Positions 10,043 through 18,261 of a stretch of 64,000 nt of DNA are shown in pieces (position 1 is the first letter of the stretch; every line of letters starts with the position of its first letter). The stretch comes from an uncultured Nitrospinota bacterium. GTDB lineage: Bacteria > Tectomicrobia > Entotheonellia > J063 > CAVPRW01. The stretch lies in NCBI GenBank assembly GCA_963707985.1, contig CAVPRW010000042.1, positions 64,001-128,000 of the forward strand, written 5' to 3'. The position numbers were made by a program, and so were the translations under genes. A model generated the notes under the pieces. It did no database searches. It worked only from the letters and a program-made list of their open reading frames with translations, and was not told where the DNA came from.

Positions 10043-11200
10043 ATGAGGGCCATTAACGAGGATGAGGCTGAACTCCTTATCGAGGAACACCTCCAGGCGC
10101 AAGGCTGGCACCTCACAGATTGCACTCCGACCCGAAAGCGCTGGCGCGAGCGCCTCGACGGCGAAGAGGTTGACTGCGTCTTTTTATATGAAGTAAAAGT
10201 CGTCGCCATCATCGAGACCAAGAAGTCGGGGAAGCATTTGTGGTCCTCCCGCGATCAGGCTCAGTGCTATTTTAGGACCTACAAGAAGAACACTGGCCAT
10301 GATATCCTGCGATTTTTTGCCAGCGATGGGAGGACCTACCTTCGGCAAAACTTGAAGGCGAACACCGTGCCTGAGTACATCAGTAACTTCCCCACGCCAG
10401 CAGAGGTCGGCGAGCTATTCCGACCTCAAGCCACAGAACTTCACGGTACACTGCGCGAATATCAGCGGATCGCTGTCTCACAGGCGCTTGGCTCAGTGCA
10501 GGCGGGCCGCGGACGGCTGTACGTACAAATGGCCACTGCCACGGGAAAGACCATCACCGCAGCCGGAGTAATCGCTAAGCTCTGGTCGATTGGGTTGGTT
10601 CGTCGGGCACTCTTCCTCGTGGATCGAGATTCCCTGGCTGAGCAGACTAAGAATAGATTTAAAACATATCTTGGCGACAACTTTACGGTTGAACGCGCAA
10701 CCGGTAGTCGAGAGGATCGATATGTCGATGTCCCCGTGACGCCGGTCCAACATCTTGCCGCTCGCAACAAGTACGTTCAATTTCCCGCTGATCACTTCAG
10801 CCTCGTCATCCTTGATGAATGTCCATACTCCTACTTCAGGGATTTGACTCCAAGAGTATGCTCTCTAAGTTCTGTCGCAAGCTGGTCGAGCAGTTCGAAG
10901 TTTCGGCCGTGATTTCGCTTCCCTATGGTGTCTTCAATCCCTATAATGGCGCCAAGAGCAAATCGTTGTCTCCCGTCGCCCGTTGGGTAGGGACGATCGC
11001 CGTATGCACGTTCTTCCAAGGCCTTATGCAGCAAACTTTCACCGGTCAACTCACCGCTGCCAGGGAAGCTGCACACGCGGATCGGATCGCCGCTGAACAG
11101 ACACGGCGCGAGCGGCTACTGCAGCTGGTCATCCTGGACTTCGTACTCGACCGTCAGCGCCACCGCCTTGGTGAGCCAGTCCTGATTACTTCCTTATCCA
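10043..11200 (+). pseudogene. Collapsed type I restriction-modification relic (HsdR N-terminus + HsdM fragment + HsdS C-terminal fragment)
   Basis: HsdR-like IIETKK, LREYQ, MATATGKT, LFLVDR, ILDEC; then HsdM-like AVISLPYGVFNPY; then HsdS-like LMQQTFTGQLTAA. Confidence 0.7.
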
Positions 11201-11443
11201 AAAGGAGGGGGCGATTGGGCAGTCGCTCTGTCACTTTGTCCCTTACAAGTATGGCCCCTTCGCTAGAGAACTCTATCAAGATCTCGAAGCACTGGCGGCC
11301 GGTGGGCTCATCCCTGGAACCGAGAGCGATGAGGAAAGGACGGAAATCGCTCTAGACCCCTCGAAGGAAACAACGGTTCAGGCAGTGATCGTCATACTGC
11401 CCGAAAGTCTCCGGGCCGACGTTAGGTTGGGAGTCCAAGAGTA

Positions 11444-11656
11444 ATGCACAAGTACGAAATCATTATCTATTGGAGCGATGAGGACCAGATTTTTGTGGCG
11501 GACATACCGGAGCTTCCTGGATGCATGGCACATGGCGACACGCAAGAGGCCGCGTTAGCACACGCCAAGGAAGCGATTCAATTATGGATCGAAACCGCAC
11601 AGGAGTTTGGTGACCCAGTGCCAGAACCTAAAGGTCGGCGTCTGATGTTAGCATAG
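11444..11656 (+). CDS. hicB: HicB family antitoxin (no adjacent hicA)
   Basis: YEIIIYWSDED..PELPGCMAHGDTQEAAL..WIETA..GDPVPEP. Confidence 0.9.
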   Translation: MHKYEIIIYWSDEDQIFVADIPELPGCMAHGDTQEAALAHAKEAIQLWIETAQEFGDPVPEPKGRRLMLA

Positions 11657-11677
11657 CCATGGCTGAGTCTAATATAC

Positions 11678-11697
11678 CGCTGCCGTAGGCAGCGTTT
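11678..11697 (+). terminator. Putative intrinsic terminator after hicB
   Basis: cgctgcc-gta-ggcagcg stem followed by ttt. Confidence 0.45.
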
Positions 11698-11794
11698 GAC
11701 AGGTAACGGGTGCACCTGCGTGATTTGACGGGTTTCAACCGTTCTCCTTTTGGGGTTCGTATGCCCATCTCACCGTCGTGTGGAGGATAGATAG

Positions 11795-12517
11795 GTGCCA
11801 GATATCAGACGGCAGATCATCGCACTTGGCGGCGGCGGATTCGGAGTGGACGCAACAAATCTGGTGCTCGACCGGTATATCCTAGCGCAGGCACGTGTAT
11901 CGGATCCTGCAGTGGCGTTCGTGCCTACCGCGAGCGGTGAGTCCGATAACTATATCGTAAGATTTTATGCGGCCTATCTCGGGCTGCCGTGCCGCCCTTC
12001 GCATCTGGCGTTCTTCCGGAGAACGCCGGACCTGAGGTCCTACCTGCTGGCTCAGGACGTGATCTATGTCGGCGGCGGAAACACCAAGAGCATGTTGGCG
12101 GTGTGGCGGGAGTGGGGCGTTCCAGACCTGCTCCGAGAGGCGTGGGACTCAGGCATCGTGTTGGCCGGGATTAGTGCCGGAGCCATTTGCTGGTTTGAAC
12201 AGGGTATTACCGATTCCTTCGCGGATCAACTCAGGGTCATCGGTTGCCTGGGGTTTCTTCCCGGTAGCTGCTGTCCTCACTACAGTGGCGAAGCCGAGCG
12301 TCGTCCCTCATTTCATAGGCTGTTACGCGAAGGAGAGATCGCCCCGGGCTTTGCCATCGATGATGGTGCGGCCATCCACTATAGGGACGACCAGATCCAC
12401 CGCGTCATTGCCTCCCGCGTGGGGGCTTCGGCCTACCGTGTGCACTTGATTGGTGCAGAGGTACGCGAAGAACGGATGCCGGTCGAGCACCTTGCAGCTG
12501 TGACCCCAGGGGCATAA
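11795..12517 (+). CDS. Peptidase E (S51 family)
   Basis: IIALGGGG, FVPTASGE, IYVGGGNT, GISAGAICW nucleophile motif, CPHY. Confidence 0.9.
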   Translation: MPDIRRQIIALGGGGFGVDATNLVLDRYILAQARVSDPAVAFVPTASGESDNYIVRFYAAYLGLPCRPSHLAFFRRTPDLRSYLLAQDVIYVGGGNTKSMLAVWREWGVPDLLREAWDSGIVLAGISAGAICWFEQGITDSFADQLRVIGCLGFLPGSCCPHYSGEAERRPSFHRLLREGEIAPGFAIDDGAAIHYRDDQIHRVIASRVGASAYRVHLIGAEVREERMPVEHLAAVTPGA

Positions 12518-12529
12518 GGCACGACGATC

Positions 12530-12802
12530 GTCCAGGTGGTTGGGGGGTTGCAGACCATCGATGGCGGTGAAGCCGACGACAAAATTGTAGCGGTGCTGGA
12601 AAATGACAATATCTGGGGACAGGTGACCAAGATCGCTGACTTGCCTGAGATCCTTTTCGAGCGCCTACGCCACTACTTCATGACCTACAAACTGGTACCC
12701 GGCAAGCCCTCGCAGTTCTCTATTGAGAAGGTCTATGGCTGTGAGGAGGCGTTTACTGTGATCGCCGCGGCAATTGAAGACTATAACGAGGAATATGGTT
12801 AA
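12530..12802 (+). pseudogene. Family I inorganic pyrophosphatase, C-terminal fragment only
   Basis: VGGLQTIDGGEADDKIVAV and LRHYFMTYK; N-terminal half including DxDPxD absent; fragment abuts the pepE stop. Confidence 0.7.
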
Positions 12803-12858
12803 TGATGGTCAAGTCCACGCGAGTGTGAGCGGGACCATGTAGAGAGGGAGATGTTGCC

Positions 12859-14301
12859 ATGGCCACACGCAGTGCGGAAGCCTACACCAAGAGCTTGCAA
12901 GACAGTCGCATGGTCTATTACAAAGGGGAGCGGGTTGCGGATGTCACCACACACCCGATCCTCAAAACCGCAGTTGAGCATGCTGGCCTGGAATATGAGC
13001 TCACCGAAGATCCGATGCATCGAGAGGTACTGACCTATACCCTACCTGACAGTAGGGAGTGCTTCAGCCGCTACTTCAAGATCCCCGAGAATGCCGAGGA
13101 TTTACTGCGGCGTCGCGAGATCATCGAGTTGGGGACGCGGAAGGGTGGGACCTTCTTCCTCATCATCAAGGAGATCGGCAGCGACTGTCTGTTCGCCTTG
13201 GATGTCATCAGCCAGCGTATCGATGCCAAGTATGGCACCAGCTATCATGAGCGCGTCATGCGCTACTACGAGCATTGCCGCAACCGTGACCTCGCCATGG
13301 CCGTGGCGCAAACGGACGTCAAAGGGGATCGCGCGCTGCATCCCCATCAGCAGGAGCATCCCGACTACTACGTGCGTGTCGTGGATGAGACCAACGAGGG
13401 CATCGTGGTACGTGGGGCAAAAGCCCATACGACAAACACCGTGTGCGCCAATGAGTTGATGGTGATCCCCACGCGCACCCTTGGTCCGGAGGACCAGGAG
13501 TATGCTGTGGCGTTTGCTGTGCCGATGGATGCCAAAGGGCTCAAACTGATTGTCAGCCCGTTCAGCCATACCGATCACAATACTTTCCACCACCCTGTCA
13601 GTGCCCGGCATCACCTATTGGAAACGCTAACAATCTTCGACGATGTCTTTGTGCCCTGGGATCGTGTCTTTCTCAAAGGCGAGTGGGATTTTGCTGGGCC
13701 GCTGGCACTGACCTTTGTGCAGTTCCATCGCTTCACCGCCGTGTCCTACAAGGCACCCCTACTCGATTTCTTCGTGGGAGCGGCGGAGCTGGTCGCCGAG
13801 ACCAATGGCATTCGACGAGCAGCGCACGTGCGTGAAAAGCTCGTCAAGCTCATTGCGTATGCGGAGACAGTGCGCGCGCTCACCAAGGCTGCGGCTTGGG
13901 ACTGTAAACTGTTGGATGGCCGCATTGCTGTGCCTGATCCCGTTACCACCAATATGGCCAAGTGGTACTTCGCCAATAACTTTCATCAGCATGTCGCCTA
14001 CCTGCAAGACATCGCCGGTGGACTCCTGGTCACAGGTCCAGCCGAGGAAGACTTAAAGAACCCCGAAACGGCGGGGTATATTAGTAAATATCTCGGCGGG
14101 AAGAAAGGTATCCCAACCGAGGACCGTCTCAGGCTCTTTAATTTGATCCGTGACCTTACTACCTCTGACATCGGCGGCTACAACGAGATCCTCTCCATTC
14201 ACGCTGAGGGTTCCCTGGAGGCGCAAAAACTGACCATTGCGATGGAGTACGATACTAAGCCGTCGGTGGAGTATGTGAAGGGATTGATCGGGCTCAGCTA
14301 A
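12859..14301 (+). CDS. 4-hydroxyphenylacetate 3-hydroxylase / 4-hydroxybutyryl-CoA dehydratase superfamily flavoprotein
   Basis: AQTDVKGDR, GIVVRGAKAH, FDDVFVPWDRVF, DIAGG, HAEGS motifs. Confidence 0.88.
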   Translation: MATRSAEAYTKSLQDSRMVYYKGERVADVTTHPILKTAVEHAGLEYELTEDPMHREVLTYTLPDSRECFSRYFKIPENAEDLLRRREIIELGTRKGGTFFLIIKEIGSDCLFALDVISQRIDAKYGTSYHERVMRYYEHCRNRDLAMAVAQTDVKGDRALHPHQQEHPDYYVRVVDETNEGIVVRGAKAHTTNTVCANELMVIPTRTLGPEDQEYAVAFAVPMDAKGLKLIVSPFSHTDHNTFHHPVSARHHLLETLTIFDDVFVPWDRVFLKGEWDFAGPLALTFVQFHRFTAVSYKAPLLDFFVGAAELVAETNGIRRAAHVREKLVKLIAYAETVRALTKAAAWDCKLLDGRIAVPDPVTTNMAKWYFANNFHQHVAYLQDIAGGLLVTGPAEEDLKNPETAGYISKYLGGKKGIPTEDRLRLFNLIRDLTTSDIGGYNEILSIHAEGSLEAQKLTIAMEYDTKPSVEYVKGLIGLS

Positions 14302-14476
14302 ATCGCTCACCATACGGTGCTTCTAGGTCGGCAGCGGTGGACTGCGGCCTGCCCAGCTCGCACCAGCCGTTGGCTCTTTGGTTGGCGCCCGCAACCTACT
14401 GAGAGGTGTGTACTGTCGTATTGCGATGACGTCAACCCCGGATTACAGAATTGGAGGTCCGACTTATTCACCGTGT

Positions 14477-14845
14477 CTACAGTGGCTCCTCCGAGTTAAC
14501 TGCAGGGCTCTGGGAGGTGTCCGGCTTTTGCGCGCTCGCACACTGCTGGAGCCCCCACTCGCACATGGCATCTACCACCGGTCTGAGGCTTTCCCCCAAG
14601 GGGGTTAGGGAATATTCGACTTTGGGAGGGACCTGTGCGTAAACCTGGCGGTGGACGATGCCATCTTGCTCCAGCTCCCGCAGTTGTTGGGTGAGCATTT
14701 TCTGGGTAATCCCTGCGACCGCCCGAAACAGCTCGGAAAAGCGTCTCTCTCCCTGAAAAAGTTGCCAGAGGATCAAGACCTTCCATCGCCCCCCGATGAT
14801 GTCGAGAGTCCTTTCCGCGGGGCATTGCTGACTTTTCCGTTGCAT
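14477..14845 (-). CDS. HxlR family winged-helix transcriptional regulator
   Basis: [48 protein letters not shown]. Confidence 0.92.
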   Translation of the reverse strand: MQRKSQQCPAERTLDIIGGRWKVLILWQLFQGERRFSELFRAVAGITQKMLTQQLRELEQDGIVHRQVYAQVPPKVEYSLTPLGESLRPVVDAMCEWGLQQCASAQKPDTSQSPAVNSEEPL

Positions 14846-15031
14846 ACGTACCTCCCTCGTTTCAGGACCCTGTCAGTCTTAGCGGCTGCCCCTTGACAGA
14901 CCATGTTCCTGTGACACACCAGCTGGCACGACATTGGGGCTAAGAACACACACACTGGCGGCAAACGCGACGCCATCGGCACCGCAGCCCGCGCGTGGTC
15001 TTAGTTTCCAATAGGTATGTATAATACTTTT

Positions 15032-15043
15032 AAGTACGTACTT
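15032..15043. promoter_or_regulatory. AT-rich palindrome, candidate HxlR operator
   Basis: aagtacgtactt perfect palindrome in the AT-rich divergent intergenic region between hxlR and htrA. Confidence 0.4.
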
Positions 15044-15160
15044 TACAGATTCTACTCTAGATGCTATTCATAAATCTATAGTTTTATGATCCCGGTCCCT
15101 CCGTGAACGCTGTATGAGAGACGATCGGGAAAACCTCTCACGAGAAGGAGAGTAATCGCC

Positions 15161-16222
15161 ATGGCAGGCGTGCTACGATTAGTTGCAAACGAGAGTGAAA
15201 AGTCAACAGGCGCACGCGTCCCTGAGTCTTCTCTCCCGTCGGATGGTGAGCTATTGGACGCCTATTCGCGAGCGGTCATCGATGCGGCGGAGAAGGTCAG
15301 CCCCTCCGTCGTGAATATCGATGTCGGTCAAGGGCCAAAGAGACATCAGGGAGGCGATGTGCATCGCCCCCCCGAGACCCGTGGTAGTGGGTCCGGGTTC
15401 ATCTTTACGCCCGATGGTTTTATCATGACCAACAGCCATGTGGTGCATGGGGCCAGTCGGATTGAGCTGACCTTGTCGGACGGACGCCGCTTTCAGGCCG
15501 ATCTGGTCGGCGATGATCCGGATACGGATATCGCCGTCGTCAGGATTCATGCGTCGAACCTCGTACCGGCGCCGCTGGGAGATTCACAAGCGATTCGCGT
15601 CGGGCAGGTGGTGATTGCCATTGGCAACCCATACGGCTTTCAGTGCACGGTTACGGCTGGCGTCGTGAGCGCGCTGGGTCGTTCGCTCCGGTCCCGGTCG
15701 GGTCGGCTCATCGATAACGTCATCCAAACCGATACGGCGCTGAACCCTGGTAATTCAGGTGGTCCACTGGTGACCTCACGCGGCGAAGTCATCGGTGTCA
15801 ATACGGCGGTGATCCTGCCGGCACAGGGGCTGTGTTTTGCAGTGGCCATCAACACGGCTACGTTCGTGGCCGGACGTCTGATCAAAGATGGTAAAGTGCG
15901 GCGCAGCTATATTGGGATCGCTGGTCAAAACGTCCCGCTACCACGCCGTCTCACGCGTTTTCACAATTTGCCGGTAGAAGGAGGCATGCTGGTCACCTCT
16001 GTCGAACCGGGAAGTCCGGCCCAGAGCGCCAGGCTCCTTGAAGGTGATGTCATCATCGGCTACAACGAACATGCCATTGGTGGCAGCGACGATTTACAGC
16101 GGCAGTTGACCGACACACAATTGGGCGCCAAGGCGCGGTTGACGGTTATTCGACGTACTGAGAAACTGGTACTCGAGATCGTCCCCGAGGAATCGCGACC
16201 CCGAGGACGTGAAGGTCGATAA
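15161..16222 (+). CDS. HtrA/DegP-like trypsin serine protease with one PDZ domain, no signal peptide
   Basis: GSGSGF, TNSHVV, DIAVV, LNPGNSGGPL triad motifs; C-terminal PDZ. Confidence 0.92.
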   Translation: MAGVLRLVANESEKSTGARVPESSLPSDGELLDAYSRAVIDAAEKVSPSVVNIDVGQGPKRHQGGDVHRPPETRGSGSGFIFTPDGFIMTNSHVVHGASRIELTLSDGRRFQADLVGDDPDTDIAVVRIHASNLVPAPLGDSQAIRVGQVVIAIGNPYGFQCTVTAGVVSALGRSLRSRSGRLIDNVIQTDTALNPGNSGGPLVTSRGEVIGVNTAVILPAQGLCFAVAINTATFVAGRLIKDGKVRRSYIGIAGQNVPLPRRLTRFHNLPVEGGMLVTSVEPGSPAQSARLLEGDVIIGYNEHAIGGSDDLQRQLTDTQLGAKARLTVIRRTEKLVLEIVPEESRPRGREGR

Positions 16223-16229
16223 GTGCTTG

Positions 16230-16262
16230 TTGACAACTATACCGTCCAGACGGTATAGTTGT
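16230..16262 (+). promoter_or_regulatory. TetR operator overlapping promoter
   Basis: Perfect 14-bp arms acaactataccgtc-ca-gacggtatagttgt overlapping TTGACA (16230-16235) and TATAGT (16254-16259). Confidence 0.8.
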
Positions 16263-16265
16263 GAT

Positions 16266-16862
16266 ATGGTGAAACAACAACGTTCCTCGACACAGACCAT
16301 TGATCTCATCCTCACCGCGGCTGAGCGGGTGGTCATGCGTGACGGGGTGATGCGTCTGACGATCGACGCCGTCGCGCGTGAAGCCAAGGTAAGTAAGGGT
16401 GGTGTGTTGTACCATTTTGGAACAAAGGAAGCATTGATCCAGGGTATGCTTGAGCGCCTGATCCACTATTGCGAGCGAGAAATGGCGGCGCATCAGCAGC
16501 ATGATGGCGAGCCAGGGAGGTGGACGCGCGCCTACGTGCGGAAGACGTCGGAACCGATGTTAGCCTATCCGGGTGAAGCAAATTTCCCGCGTTCCAAAGA
16601 GGTGGGAGCGGGATTGGTCGCCGCAGCCACTACTAATCCTCGGCTCCTCGATCCACTTCGTGAGCGCTTCCAGGCCTGGCAACAGGCGATCGAGTCTGAC
16701 GGTATCGAGCCGGCACGTGCGACCGTCGTACGCCTGGCGGTCGATGGCCTCTGGCTAGCTGAGTTGCTGGGTATCTGGTCCTTGGATGGGACGCTCCGCC
16801 AACAAGTCCTGGACGAGCTCATCCGGCTCACCAGGGAGACGCATCCGACCAGGAAGCCATAG
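16266..16862 (+). CDS. TetR/AcrR family transcriptional regulator
   Basis: ILTAAERV..LTIDAVAREAKVSKGGVLYHFGTKEAL helix-turn-helix. Confidence 0.93.
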   Translation: MVKQQRSSTQTIDLILTAAERVVMRDGVMRLTIDAVAREAKVSKGGVLYHFGTKEALIQGMLERLIHYCEREMAAHQQHDGEPGRWTRAYVRKTSEPMLAYPGEANFPRSKEVGAGLVAAATTNPRLLDPLRERFQAWQQAIESDGIEPARATVVRLAVDGLWLAELLGIWSLDGTLRQQVLDELIRLTRETHPTRKP

Positions 16863-17036
16863 TGCTCATACCGTTTCACCGGGGCCGTCATCTCGACGGC
16901 CCCCATCATCCCGTCAGCTCCCCCTAGCGATGTGCTCGGCACCCCGAACGAAAGCCAGGGCGTATGCTTCGATACGCTATACGAGCGTGGGCGAGGTGAC
17001 CCTAGGGTCATCCTCCTCTCGGTAGGACCGAATACT

Positions 17037-18261
17037 ATGAAAGTACCGTGGTACCGGGCCTTACTTTGTGTCCTCGCTGGATGGTGCCTACTGCTGAGCG
17101 CCTGCCAGCAACAGCAGGCCGCCGCGCCCCCTCCTCCGCCGCCGAAGGTGACCGTGAGTCAACCGGTCGTGCGCGATGTCGTTGAGTGGGATGAGTATAC
17201 TGGGCGACTTGAGGCGGTGGAATCGGTCGAAGTTCGTGCTCGTGTCAGCGGCTACTTGCAATCGGTGCACTTCACCGACGGCGCCATCGTGAAGAAGGGG
17301 GCCTTGCTTCTTCGTGATTGACCCGAGGCCGTATCAGGCCGAATTGAACCGCGCCAAGGCCACATTAGAGCAGAGCCATCGCTCGGCACGAGCGTACCCA
17401 AAAGGATTATGCCAGGGCCCAACAATTGGTCAAATCTCGCGCCATCTCTGAGGAAGAAGTGGACACCCGGGCCGCCGACCAGCGTGAGGCCCAGGAGGCC
17501 GTCCAGGCAGCGCGCGCCGCAGTCGAAGCGGCACGGCTCAATGTCGAATTCACCGAGGTGCAAGGCTCCCATCAGCGGTCGTATTAGCCGCCATTTGGTC
17601 ACCCAGGGCAACCTCATCAATGGGGGAACGGCGGAATCCACGTTGCTGACCACGATCGTGTCGCTCGACCCAATATACTGCTACTTCGAAGCGGATGAGC
17701 GCTCATATCTCAAGTACGTTCATCTGTCGCGGACTGGAGAGCGTCCCAGCTCCCGCGAGGTGCGAAATCCCGCCTATCTGGCGTTGGCGAATGAAACGGG
17801 ATTTCCGCACCAAGGCTATATCGATTTCGTCGACAATCGGCTTGATCCGAATACGGGCACGATGACTGGACGGGCGGTCTTCCCCAACCCGGACCCGAGC
17901 TTGACCCCCGGTCTCTTTGCGCGCGTCCGTATTCCAGGGAGTGGCAAACGATACGGCGCTGCTGCTCCCGGACGAGGCCATCGGCACCGATCAAACGCAG
18001 CGCTTCGCTTTCGTGGTCGATGACCAGAACACCGTGGAATACCGCAAGGTAGAGCTGGGACCGCTCATCGACGGTCTGCGCGTGATTCGTAATGGACTGA
18101 AGCCGGAGGATTGGGTCATCGTGAACGGCGTGCAGCGGGTGAGAACAGGCGCCAAGGTCGACCCCCAGGAGCAGGCCATTCCGCAGGACCACATGCTACC
18201 CAGCGGCCCGAGCGACCGTCGCCAAGCCATAAGCCTGCGACAGAGGAGCCAGGCGGCATGA
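17037..18261 (+). CDS. RND efflux periplasmic adaptor (MexE-like lipoprotein), frameshifted in this sequence
   Basis: Lipobox LSAC, EVRARVSGYL, APISGRISR, FVDNRLDPNTGT, PGLFARVR across three or four frames. Confidence 0.85.
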
